This document shows, one piece after another, positions 1 through 8,869 of a stretch of DNA of 64,000 bases. Origin of the DNA: a virus (Duplodnaviria > Heunggongvirae > Uroviricota > Caudoviricetes). Numbering within the stretch: the first letter of the stretch is position 1; each line of letters starts with the position of its first letter. A program made the translations under genes and the position numbers. The DNA lies in IMG/VR virus record IMGVR_UViG_3300029305_004950, positions 189,430-253,429 of that record. The stretch is one strand, 5' to 3'. The notes under the pieces are model-generated. The model did no database searches, was not told the DNA's origin, and saw nothing but the letters and a program-made list of their open reading frames with translations.

Positions 1-1836
1 AAGAAAGCTAGTAGAAAATGGGAGATTATCAAAAAATTTAAAAAGAATGATATGAATTATACGTATCTTCTTAAGGATAAGGAAAACAATCTAGAACTCT
101 TTCATGTAAAACCTGCAGAACGAATTACAGAACGTTATGGTTATACTTATAAGAATCTAGTATTAGAAAAAGATACTGGTGATTATATTGAAAAAGATGA
201 AATTCTTTATCATAGTACAACTTATGATGAAAACATGAATTTCTGTTATGGTAAGAACTTAAAAGCAGTATTCTTAGCAGCATACAATCTCACATATGAA
301 GATGGTATTATTTGTTCTGAATCAGCTGCAGAAAAACTAGGTTCTTATGCAGTAGATGAAATTGATATCTCACTTAACAATAACGATATTCTATTAAATC
401 TACTAGGTAATAACAAGTTCTATAAAGCATTTCCTGATGTTGGTGAAATGTGTAATTCTACTATTCTATGTAGTAGAAGACGAATTGATTATGAATCAAT
501 GCTATTTGAGATGAATTCTAAGAATATTAAGAAAATCAATCAAGATATTGATTCTATTTTCTTTGTAAATAAAGATAGTGTTGTTTATGACATTGATGTG
601 TATTGTAATGGAGATCCTGAAGTATTAAAGGATTATCCTTATTACAACCAGTTAATGAAGTATTATAAGATGAACTATAATTACTACTATGATGTAGTAA
701 CTACTATTGCTCCTTATATGGATGATTCTAGCTATACTTGTTCTAGTGATGTAAAGTATTTCTATAAACGTAGTATTGATATGATTAGCGAGAACACTCA
801 ATTTACATTTGATGGAAATGCTTTTGATAACATGATTGTTAGAATTAAAACCTATAATAAGAAGCCTTTGGTCACTGGCTCTAAGATAACCGGCAGATAT
901 GGATCCAAGGGTGTCATTTCTAAGATTCTTCCTGACTCTGAAATGCCTATGAATGAATATGGAGAAGTAGCAGATATCATACTCAATCCTTTCGGAGTCA
1001 TCGGCAGAGAAAACATTGCTCAGTTATATGAACAGGAACTAAACTTTATGGGCGATCAGGTTGTAAGACAGACTAAGTCTATGGAGTCTGTAAAAGAAAA
1101 ATTTGATCACATTATGAAGTTTTATAAGATTGTAAACTCTAGTCAGTATGAATTTATTAAGAAATCTGTAAAAACTTTAGGTGATAAAGAAGAATTCATT
1201 AATGACAGTTATGAACACGGATTATATATCCATCAACCTCCTTTCTTCGATAACATTACTATTGAAAACATGAATAAGTTATATGAAGAATTTGGTTGGG
1301 AACCTTATAAGTGTACTATTGGCGGAAAAGAAATTGAAAAACCACTTGTTATAGGTAATCTTTACTATTTACGGTTAAAGCATGATCCAAGTACAAAGTT
1401 GTCAGCACGTTCAAGCGGTGATCTAAGTCTTAATAATATTCCTAGTAAAAGTAGTAGTTTTAAGTATCATACTACACTATTCTCAAAGACTCCAGTAAGA
1501 TGTGGAGAAATGGAATTTACATCTCTTTTGTTGACCCAAAATATGCCACTTGTAATGAGATATCTAGCACAAACTTCTACTAATCCAGAGGAAAGAAAGA
1601 ACTTCAATACTGCACTTCTAACTAGAAATGTATTTGATATTGACAAAATTAACCTAACTGGTAATAAGTCTATTACTTCTCGTATAGTAAAGACTCAGAT
1701 GTTAACTCTAGGTCTGATTAATAAAAAATCTGTACCTGAAATTGAAGAAGAATTAGAATCAGTTAACGAACAATTAAATGAATTAGAAGAAGTTATGCTT
1801 TCTGAAACATTAGAGGGTGATTCTGAAGAAGAATAA
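1..1836 (+). CDS. Phage multisubunit RNA polymerase beta subunit, C-terminal half (5' end lies outside the window)
   Basis: Beta motifs GSKITGRYGSKGVISKI, DIILNPFGVIGRENIAQLYE, YYLRLKHDP and PVRCGEME. The frame is open from base 1. Confidence 0.92.
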   Translation, partial: KKASRKWEIIKKFKKNDMNYTYLLKDKENNLELFHVKPAERITERYGYTYKNLVLEKDTGDYIEKDEILYHSTTYDENMNFCYGKNLKAVFLAAYNLTYEDGIICSESAAEKLGSYAVDEIDISLNNNDILLNLLGNNKFYKAFPDVGEMCNSTILCSRRRIDYESMLFEMNSKNIKKINQDIDSIFFVNKDSVVYDIDVYCNGDPEVLKDYPYYNQLMKYYKMNYNYYYDVVTTIAPYMDDSSYTCSSDVKYFYKRSIDMISENTQFTFDGNAFDNMIVRIKTYNKKPLVTGSKITGRYGSKGVISKILPDSEMPMNEYGEVADIILNPFGVIGRENIAQLYEQELNFMGDQVVRQTKSMESVKEKFDHIMKFYKIVNSSQYEFIKKSVKTLGDKEEFINDSYEHGLYIHQPPFFDNITIENMNKLYEEFGWEPYKCTIGGKEIEKPLVIGNLYYLRLKHDPSTKLSARSSGDLSLNNIPSKSSSFKYHTTLFSKTPVRCGEMEFTSLLLTQNMPLVMRYLAQTSTNPEERKNFNTALLTRNVFDIDKINLTGNKSITSRIVKTQMLTLGLINKKSVPEIEEELESVNEQLNELEEVMLSETLEGDSEEE

Positions 1837-1870
1837 TACTTTTTCTATGTTCCAGTAGACTTATGTTTAC

Positions 1871-1929
1871 AAAAAAAAAAAAAAAAAAAATAGTATCTTT
1901 CAATTAAAGAAAGATACTATTTTTTTTTT
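1871..1929. terminator. Bidirectional intrinsic terminator
   Basis: Stem TAGTATCTTTC/GAAAGATACTA with a 20-A tract on the left and a T tract on the right, between convergent genes. Confidence 0.85.
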
Positions 1930-1931
1930 AT

Positions 1932-2156
1932 TTAGATTAGTTTCTCATCCAAGGTAATATGGTATGTTTGATTATCAGTTTTAATAGTGATGAAATAATC
2001 ACCTTTTACATCTTTATTAAGAATCAATTTACATTTATTCATTGAAACTTTATCATTATTGTCTACTTTGGAGATAATTCCTTTCAAACCTTTAGGTGAA
2101 GAAACTTTCTCATATATTCTTTTTGCTAAACCAAGATCTTTTAGTGTTAAACTCAT
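1932..2156 (-). CDS. Hypothetical protein
   Basis: 74-aa ORF with AAGGAG RBS, in an operon with its neighbours. Confidence 0.7.
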   Translation of the reverse strand: MSLTLKDLGLAKRIYEKVSSPKGLKGIISKVDNNDKVSMNKCKLILNKDVKGDYFITIKTDNQTYHITLDEKLI

Positions 2157-2171
2157 AATTGTATTCTCCTT

Positions 2172-2699
2172 TTATTTATTCCATTCTCTCTCATATGCTG
2201 TATCTTTCCAATGAATCTTTACAGAATAACCACTAATACTATTAAGGATATCGTCAGCATCTTCTTTATAGTGTCTTTTTACATCATCAATAAGTCTTTT
2301 AGTATCAACAGTCGCCCAATCTTTTCTTTCTTCTTCAGCATATTGAATGGGTTGATAACTATTTCCATTTTCATATTCCCATTCTTCACAATTTGCAAAA
2401 TAGCCATTCTGCTTAGTATCAGCTTCTTTACCAGACTTCATATAAACCTTAATACCCTTAGAGTAATAAAGTTTAGAATTTTTAACTTCATTAACTTTAT
2501 CATCTCTAAGATCGACACTGTTAACATCAAATCCTTCTTCAAAGGATTCAGTTAAAAATGTCTTAAATGCTGCTCCACAGTTGCCACAAATTCTAATAAT
2601 TGAACGATTTTTATAGTCTTCTTTCATCCAATCAAATTCACTATGAGGCATGATATGAATACGACCACAACCACAAAACCAAACTTCATAATGTTTCAT
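2172..2699 (-). CDS. Hypothetical protein with CGCG/CxxC motifs (possible Zn binding)
   Basis: 175-aa ORF with AAGGAG RBS. Confidence 0.7.
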   Translation of the reverse strand: MKHYEVWFCGCGRIHIMPHSEFDWMKEDYKNRSIIRICGNCGAAFKTFLTESFEEGFDVNSVDLRDDKVNEVKNSKLYYSKGIKVYMKSGKEADTKQNGYFANCEEWEYENGNSYQPIQYAEEERKDWATVDTKRLIDDVKRHYKEDADDILNSISGYSVKIHWKDTAYEREWNK

Positions 2700-2720
2700 T
2701 ATAAGTAATCTCCTTTTAAA

Positions 2721-2915
2721 TCATCTATCAAAGTACAAAAATTCGATTTGTTCCATTCTTTTTTCAATATGTGTGAGACTAGACCAATAGCCATTTTCAG
2801 CTAAAAATTTTTTAGCATTATAAATAGCTTCGTCATCATTCTTAGCTTCAACAGTGATAAAATAAACAGGATGTTCATCACTTTTGAGTTTCAACACCGC
2901 ACGATACTTCTTCAC
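2721..2915 (-). CDS. Hypothetical protein
   Basis: 64-aa ORF, GTG start with AAGGAG RBS. Confidence 0.65.
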   Translation of the reverse strand: MKKYRAVLKLKSDEHPVYFITVEAKNDDEAIYNAKKFLAENGYWSSLTHIEKRMEQIEFLYFDR

Positions 2916-2968
2916 TTCTTAAAACTCCTTTAAAAGTATATTTTTATCATTGGTTTTTATCTATAGCT

Positions 2969-2976
2969 ATAATATA
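2969..2976 (-). promoter_or_regulatory. Putative early promoter core TATATTAT
   Basis: Motif recurs upstream of non-structural genes and resembles the phiKZ early TATATTAC motif. Confidence 0.55.
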
Positions 2977-2995
2977 TATCTAAAAAAAGAAAAAA

Positions 2996-3028
2996 TACGG
3001 ATTAATGGAAAATATCCATTAATCCGTA
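2996..3028 (-). terminator. Intrinsic terminator
   Basis: 14-bp stem TACGGATTAATGGA/TCCATTAATCCGTA directly after the stop of 3040..3789. Confidence 0.8.
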
Positions 3029-3039
3029 ATTTATATTAC

Positions 3040-3789
3040 TTAAAAAGCATGATCATAATACTCAGGGAATAGTTCATTTAGTAGCTTTACTTCATCTTCA
3101 GTACAAGCTCTAGAATTCATAATAGTAAATACTGTAGAATCTTCAGAACCTTCACCTAGTTCTACACAATTCCATACAAACTTGTCATTATTATAGGAAT
3201 CTCTATCAACAGAAGCCATGTAATAACCAATATAATCATGTAAAACAGATAGATCAATACTATCAGTTTCGGCTAAGTACTGAGCAATTACTTCAGCTTC
3301 ACCATTTTCTAAAGGTTTAATAACTCTGAAAATCTTTACACCACGTACTAACATGGTCTTACCATCATCAGTATTTAAAGCTTCAGTGGTAGTTACATCA
3401 TGCTTCTCATATAGTAGAACATTGTCCTTTGTCATTACTTTCTGTTCAGTCATAGTCTTATTATCCTCCTCAGTTTCTTCTTCATTATCATCTTTATGAG
3501 TAAGTAGTAATATAGGAATTGTAAGTAATCCTAAAATAGCATAGCCAGTAAAGCATACAACATTGTAAATCAAATCGATTAAAAAATCTATAAAATCTAA
3601 TACAAATGTACATATAAGAGTTATTGGAAAAAATATTGATTTTACAAATAAGTAAAAATAACTACTTTTATCTGTATATTTACTATGAATCAAATATACA
3701 AAACTAATGTAAACTAGTATTAGATAGATACATAGTAATAAATACCAAACTGGTAGTGTATTTAAAAATCTAATGAAATCATTAATCAT
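3040..3789 (-). CDS. Membrane-anchored hypothetical protein
   Basis: Hydrophobic N-terminal segments, acidic linker, soluble C-terminal domain; AAGGAG RBS. Confidence 0.7.
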   Translation of the reverse strand: MINDFIRFLNTLPVWYLLLCIYLILVYISFVYLIHSKYTDKSSYFYLFVKSIFFPITLICTFVLDFIDFLIDLIYNVVCFTGYAILGLLTIPILLLTHKDDNEEETEEDNKTMTEQKVMTKDNVLLYEKHDVTTTEALNTDDGKTMLVRGVKIFRVIKPLENGEAEVIAQYLAETDSIDLSVLHDYIGYYMASVDRDSYNNDKFVWNCVELGEGSEDSTVFTIMNSRACTEDEVKLLNELFPEYYDHAF

Positions 3790-3822
3790 ATACTGCTTAA
3801 TCTCCTTGTGATTAACAAAAAT

Positions 3823-3857
3823 AGATACTAGTATAGAATTAACCTATACTAGTATCT
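3823..3857 (-). terminator. Intrinsic terminator after ligase
   Basis: Stem AGATACTAGTATAG/CTATACTAGTATCT. Confidence 0.75.
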
Positions 3858-3870
3858 TTAAATACTAGTT

Positions 3871-5883
3871 TTATCCTAGCATATCAATTAGTTGTTCACA
3901 AGTAATGATAGGCTTGTTTAACTCTCTAGCTTTCTTATTCTTAACGGTTCCACTATTAGGTGTTTCGGTGACCAAATAGTCAGTATTTTTAGATACAGAA
4001 CCAACTAATTTATGACCTTTATTTTCAATATAGTTCTTAAGATCATCTCTCTTTTCAAAGTAACGCTTATCAGGATCTCCAGTAGTTACAAATGTTAACT
4101 GATTTGTAGCCTTTTCACGCTTTACTGTTTTAAACTTTACTGTAGCAAGTAGATCATTAAGTAGAGCATTATTGTTAACTAATTCTTTAGGAATTCTTTC
4201 AGTCATAATTGGACCTATACCTTCGATGTTGGCAAGCTTTTCTTTAAAAGCTTTAGATTTTACATAATCCAAATCACATAGACTATCAAAGCTGACTTCA
4301 GAAAGAATGTTTTTAGCACAATCTTTACCTAAATTATCAATACCTAAACCAGCTAAGATATCATAGTCATTAGGTGTATTGGATCTGATAGCATCAATAA
4401 TGTTTTCTGCAGATTTAGAACCTAGACCTTCAACTCTAGATAGAGTCTTGTAGTTAAGCCTATACAAATCAGCAGAGGTTTCTAATAGACCTGCATTGAT
4501 AATCTTCTGTAGAGTAGAGACTTCAATACCTTTAATACCTACCTGATTGGTGTAGTTATTGATCTTACCAATACGTTTCATAGAACATAGAGGATTATCA
4601 CAGTATACAAAAGTTTCATTCTCATTAACTCTTAGTTTAGTACTACCACATGCAGGACAGAAATCAGTGAAAGGAATAGGGTCAATAGTTTCATTAATTG
4701 GATCATCCAACTTGCTACAGTAACTTAGAACATCATTACGATATTCAATCATTACCTTACTACCTTTACCTAATCCTAATTCTTTAAATCTCTTATAGTT
4801 AGCTAGAGATACCTTAGTCATCTTAGCACCATTGAAGTATACAGGTTTAAAGATAACGCTAGGAGTAATCTTACCAGTACCATTAGGAGATGCTTCAAAC
4901 ACAATTTCTTCTACAGTAGTAGTTTTCTGCATATAAGGGAACTTTAGCTTAGCCTGCCACTTAGGAGAACCAGAAGCAAAGTTACCTAGTTTCTTCTTAT
5001 AGTCATCATTGATTACTTCAATAACTAGACCATCAATCATATAACCTAGATTTTCTCTGGATTTAGCATATCTTTCATACATTTCTTTTACATTTTCTTT
5101 AAGATTTTTGTATGTTCCTTCGAAAATTTCACCAGTAAATTCAACTTCAGATTTAGGCTGTAGTTTTTCGATGTAATCTAGTTCTTTATAGCGATCAATT
5201 TCCTTATCCTTAATTCTCATAGATAGAGGAACTAGAGTAAGATACTTTCTATATTGAGGTGCATCTAGTCTAGAAAGTAGACCAGCTACAGTATTTCTAG
5301 GATTAGCATAAGTAGCTTCATTATTAGCTTGTCTTACTTCATTTAGCTTATCAAAGTTTTCATAAGTAAGCATAACCTCATACTTAATACCACAATACCA
5401 CTTAGGTTTCTTTAGTAGTTTTTCATTTTTGAAGATTTCAGTTAAATCAGCACCTTGACCGTCCTCGCCACGAGTCAAAGCTACTTTACACTTACCTTCT
5501 TCATACTCAATACAAATAGAATTGCCATCATACTTTTCAGAAACTAGAATCTCTAACTCATCATTTTTAGATAGATTTAGATCACCGAATAGTTTTTCAA
5601 TCCATTCATTGAAATCATCTAGATTCTGGAACTGATTATCAATAGTAGAAAGTAGATTCTCAAATGTATGCTTAGTATCTACTAGTTTCTTACCAGATTT
5701 CTCATCTTTAGTTTTTCTAGGAGCAGTTGCAGTATTATAAGGTTCACCACTAAGCTTGCGATAAGTAATACAAGCATTGTCGAATTCCTCATCTGACATA
5801 ATGGGAAGGTTAGAGTTATAATAAGCATCACATGCTTTATCTAGAGTTCTTTTTAAATCTTTTATCATTTCTTGTTTATTCAT
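3871..5883 (-). CDS. ligA: NAD-dependent DNA ligase
   Basis: EKYDG adenylation motif, LTRGEDGQG, NPRNTVAG, IDGLV, C4 Zn finger, HhH repeats and C-terminal BRCT (GSVSKNTDYLV). Start moved to ATG 5883 behind GAAGGAG. Confidence 0.95.
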   Translation of the reverse strand: MNKQEMIKDLKRTLDKACDAYYNSNLPIMSDEEFDNACITYRKLSGEPYNTATAPRKTKDEKSGKKLVDTKHTFENLLSTIDNQFQNLDDFNEWIEKLFGDLNLSKNDELEILVSEKYDGNSICIEYEEGKCKVALTRGEDGQGADLTEIFKNEKLLKKPKWYCGIKYEVMLTYENFDKLNEVRQANNEATYANPRNTVAGLLSRLDAPQYRKYLTLVPLSMRIKDKEIDRYKELDYIEKLQPKSEVEFTGEIFEGTYKNLKENVKEMYERYAKSRENLGYMIDGLVIEVINDDYKKKLGNFASGSPKWQAKLKFPYMQKTTTVEEIVFEASPNGTGKITPSVIFKPVYFNGAKMTKVSLANYKRFKELGLGKGSKVMIEYRNDVLSYCSKLDDPINETIDPIPFTDFCPACGSTKLRVNENETFVYCDNPLCSMKRIGKINNYTNQVGIKGIEVSTLQKIINAGLLETSADLYRLNYKTLSRVEGLGSKSAENIIDAIRSNTPNDYDILAGLGIDNLGKDCAKNILSEVSFDSLCDLDYVKSKAFKEKLANIEGIGPIMTERIPKELVNNNALLNDLLATVKFKTVKREKATNQLTFVTTGDPDKRYFEKRDDLKNYIENKGHKLVGSVSKNTDYLVTETPNSGTVKNKKARELNKPIITCEQLIDMLG

Positions 5884-6325
5884 ATGAAAATTCTCCTTCA
5901 CATAATCCTTCGATTCTTGCAGGACATTCTAAACATTTTCTATCAAACTTAATAGTAATGGTTTTAGTATTAGTAGTTTTTGTAGTAGTTCTCTTATTTA
6001 CCTTTACCTTAATAGGTTTCTTTTCAGCAATAGGAATTTCTACCTTAGTTTCTGCTCTCTTAGTTACCTTTACCTTAATAGGTTTCTTTTCAGATTCACT
6101 ACTAAGTTTATTCATACGTTCTTCTTTAACTTTTTCTAACCATTCTTCTTTACTAATAACTTTTGTTATATCAATATCTTCCTTTTGATTAATAGAAGTT
6201 TCTTCTTTTCCTTCAAATAGTTCAGGTTCATATTCAAATAAGTCATGTAAAACAGTAACTAGTTCTTCTTCACTCATAGGAACCCATTCTCCATTTTCAT
6301 AATTGTACTTTTTGATAGTTGCCAT
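5876..6325 (-). CDS. Hypothetical protein with internal EKKPIKVKV duplication and C-terminal CxxC
   Basis: 149-aa ORF with GAGGAGG RBS; its stop overlaps the ligase start. Confidence 0.7.
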   Translation of the reverse strand: MATIKKYNYENGEWVPMSEEELVTVLHDLFEYEPELFEGKEETSINQKEDIDITKVISKEEWLEKVKEERMNKLSSESEKKPIKVKVTKRAETKVEIPIAEKKPIKVKVNKRTTTKTTNTKTITIKFDRKCLECPARIEGLCEGEFSYE

Positions 6326-6330
6326 TAGTA

Positions 6331-6531
6331 TTAAACCTCCTCAAATGCAGTAGCTAGTAGTGCGAATAACTGAGATAATTCTAGACAGTCCTGTTGATTT
6401 ACAATGTGATTCTTACTTTTGGTACAAAGAATTAGTTCGTTTTCATGTGAAATAAACCATACATCTTCTTTAATCTTATCTAATACTGGAAAGTTCTCTA
6501 ATAGTTGTTTAAAAGTCTCTTCAAAGCTCAT
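6331..6531 (-). CDS. Hypothetical protein
   Basis: 66-aa ORF with AAGGAG RBS and TATATCAT motif at 6571-6578. Confidence 0.65.
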   Translation of the reverse strand: MSFEETFKQLLENFPVLDKIKEDVWFISHENELILCTKSKNHIVNQQDCLELSQLFALLATAFEEV

Positions 6532-6700
6532 TGTGATAATCTCCTTTATTTTAGTATTTGTATCGTTATTATGATATATGTTTAAATGTATTTTTAACGT
6601 TTATGGACATATAATGAGAAACGTATTTTTAATATTTTTAAGTATATATTTTAAAGATAGTATACTAAAGAAAAATAAATCAAAAAGGAGTGAATTAAAA

Positions 6701-6934
6701 ATGATGTGTACAAGAGACTTTAATAGCAAGCAAAAGGTTGAGTTGTTAAAAAAAGCTTATCCTAAAGGAACTAGAATTCGGCTATATAAAATGGTAGGTG
6801 AAGATCAGATGCCATATGGTCTTGAAGGAGATGTTACTTTTGTAGATGATATCGGTCAAATTCATATGAATTGGGATAATGGTTCCACTTTAGCTTTGCA
6901 AGATCATGATAGTTTTTCTATCATATCTAGATAA
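6701..6934 (+). CDS. DUF4314-family protein
   Basis: YPKGTRIRL..M......GLEGDVTFVDDIGQIHMNWDNGSTLAL matches the family pattern. Start moved to 6701 behind AAGGAG. Confidence 0.75.
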   Translation: MMCTRDFNSKQKVELLKKAYPKGTRIRLYKMVGEDQMPYGLEGDVTFVDDIGQIHMNWDNGSTLALQDHDSFSIISR

Positions 6935-6992
6935 ATAAGTATCATAATGACTAAACATTACTAATCATTACAACACAAAGGAGACAGTAACA

Positions 6993-8264
6993 ATGAAAAA
7001 CACTAATGATAAGAGTTCTTATAAGGAGATTGCTAGAGATTATAGAGATATGATCGAGGGCTTAAACAATAGTTTGAGCAAACCTTATAGAATTAAAACG
7101 AAACTCGCAAACTTTGAGAAATGCCTGTTTAAACACTTAGTAAATAATGGAAATGGTGAAGATATTTGTTCTGTACTTATTTCTATTGCTGAACAAACTG
7201 GTATTCCTACTGAACTCATCAGTGATAGCGAAATTGAAATGAATGTTTTCATTAATGATGTAGATGATGAAATTGAGATTAATGAAGAACTTGAAATGAA
7301 TGAATCTGTAGAAGAAAAAGAATCTTCTACTAATGAAAAGAAAGAAAAAGAAAAGGAAACTGTTGATTTCAAGGACATCTTTGAAAAAGGTTTTAATAAG
7401 ACCGTTAAGAATAATCCTGTAACTTCTAGATCTGAAGTAACTAGTCTTGTAAGCCAGTATTATGATATTCAGGCATTTAGAATTGCTGGTGGTAACCGTC
7501 AGTTCCAGCTTGATAATAGTGGAACTAGTGTAGCAACTAATAACAATAATAATCCAAAAAATATTTCCTTTGCATATGTTAATGCTGGATTCAAGGAAAT
7601 TGAGGGAATTATTGTTAAGTGGCTGAAGGATTATGTTGAACATGATAAAATGGGTCAATGGCTTATTGCTACTAAGGGTATTGGTCCTGTTCTAGCTGCA
7701 GGTTTGCTTTCTTATATTGATATCTCTAAGTGTCAAACTGCAGGTTCTATTTGGAGATATGCAGGTTGGGAAGGTCATCGTGCTCCTCGTAAGAAGGGTG
7801 TGAAGCTTGACTATAATCCTAAGTTCAGAGTTCTTTGTTGGAAGTGCGGTGAAAGTTTTCAAAAGCTTTCTGGTACTAAAAAAGATAAGGATGGTAATAC
7901 TATTTATGAAAATGGTAAGCCTGTCTATAAGTCTTATTATGGTGGTCTTTATGCTGAAAAGCTGAAGTTCTATATTGATAAGAATGAAGCTGGTGGTTTT
8001 GCTGAAGCAGCTAAGCTTGCATTGGAAGAAAAGAACATTCAGAATGTGAAGACTAGAGCTACTTATGAATCTGGTAAACTTCCTATGGCTCATATGATTG
8101 CTATGGCTAAGCGTTATGCTGTTAAGATCTTCCTTTCTCACTTGTTCGAAGTCTGGTATGAGTATGAGAATGGGGTTAAGCCTCCTAGACCCTTTGTTGA
8201 AGTTCATCTTGGTCATGTTCATATCATGGAAGCACCTAATAAAAATATTCTTGGTTTGAAGTAA
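6993..8264 (+). CDS. TIGR-associated Nop-domain protein (TasA-like, IS110-related) with N-terminal extension
   Basis: Coiled-coil LVSQYYDIQAFRIAGGNR, IS110/Nop core TKGIGPVLAAGLLSYIDISKCQTAGSIWRYAG and C-terminal HMIAMAKRYAVKIFLSHLFEVW. No RuvC (DEDD) or HNH motif. A 36-nt dual-repeat array follows directly. Confidence 0.85.
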   Translation: MKNTNDKSSYKEIARDYRDMIEGLNNSLSKPYRIKTKLANFEKCLFKHLVNNGNGEDICSVLISIAEQTGIPTELISDSEIEMNVFINDVDDEIEINEELEMNESVEEKESSTNEKKEKEKETVDFKDIFEKGFNKTVKNNPVTSRSEVTSLVSQYYDIQAFRIAGGNRQFQLDNSGTSVATNNNNNPKNISFAYVNAGFKEIEGIIVKWLKDYVEHDKMGQWLIATKGIGPVLAAGLLSYIDISKCQTAGSIWRYAGWEGHRAPRKKGVKLDYNPKFRVLCWKCGESFQKLSGTKKDKDGNTIYENGKPVYKSYYGGLYAEKLKFYIDKNEAGGFAEAAKLALEEKNIQNVKTRATYESGKLPMAHMIAMAKRYAVKIFLSHLFEVWYEYENGVKPPRPFVEVHLGHVHIMEAPNKNILGLK

Positions 8265-8291
8265 GAGGATTTGATGTAATTTCTTTAATTG

Positions 8292-8793
8292 TTTTAATCA
8301 CTACTTAATATAGTATCATACATCAATAATGAATCATCCATAAAAACAGTATCACAAAAATGATAATGAATCACTTATAGACATTCGTAACATGGTGAAT
8401 AAATGAATCAATGAGCATTATAGTATCATTAGCTGTAAATGAATCATCATCAGAAATTTAGTATCAAGGTCATCTAAATGAACCATACTGCGATATAGTA
8501 TCAGTTGATATAAGTGAATCAATGAAGATTATAGTAACAGAACAGGAATAAATGAATCATACCCAAATATAGTATCAGTATCACTGAATGAAATTATTCA
8601 AAAAAATCAAAGGAGGATTTTAGAATTTCATCTATATAACAAAAAATCACGACGACCTATAGTATCAATAACCCGAAATGAATCAATATTAAAAATAGTA
8701 TCAACTTTTAAAAATGAATCAAGCTCTTCAAAAGTATCATATTATTTCAATGAATCAAAGTAGTTTATAGTATCAGATACGCATAATGAAAAA
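8292..8793 (+). ncRNA. TIGR-type dual-repeat guide RNA array 1 (12 clear units plus 1 degenerate unit)
   Basis: Alternating AATGAATCA and ATAGTATCA repeats separated by variable 9-nt spacers, period about 36 nt. Confidence 0.88.
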
Positions 8794-8831
8794 AAGAGGA
8801 TAGACTTATTTAAAGTCTATCCTCTTTTTTT
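8790..8831. terminator. Bidirectional terminator closing array 1
   Basis: AAAAAAGAGGATAGACTT/AAGTCTATCCTCTTTTTT inverted repeat. Confidence 0.85.
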
Positions 8832-8869
8832 GTTAAGAAAATGTATAAAGAAAGGAAATTTTTAATGAA

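Noticed and set aside
1871-1890. 20-nt poly-A tract
   Set aside because: It is the U-tract of a bidirectional terminator, and homopolymer length is unreliable.
6993-8264. IS110 transposon
   Set aside because: There is no N-terminal DEDD RuvC domain, the GLxP...SG serine loop is absent, no IS ends are visible, and the gene is embedded in an operon followed by an array.
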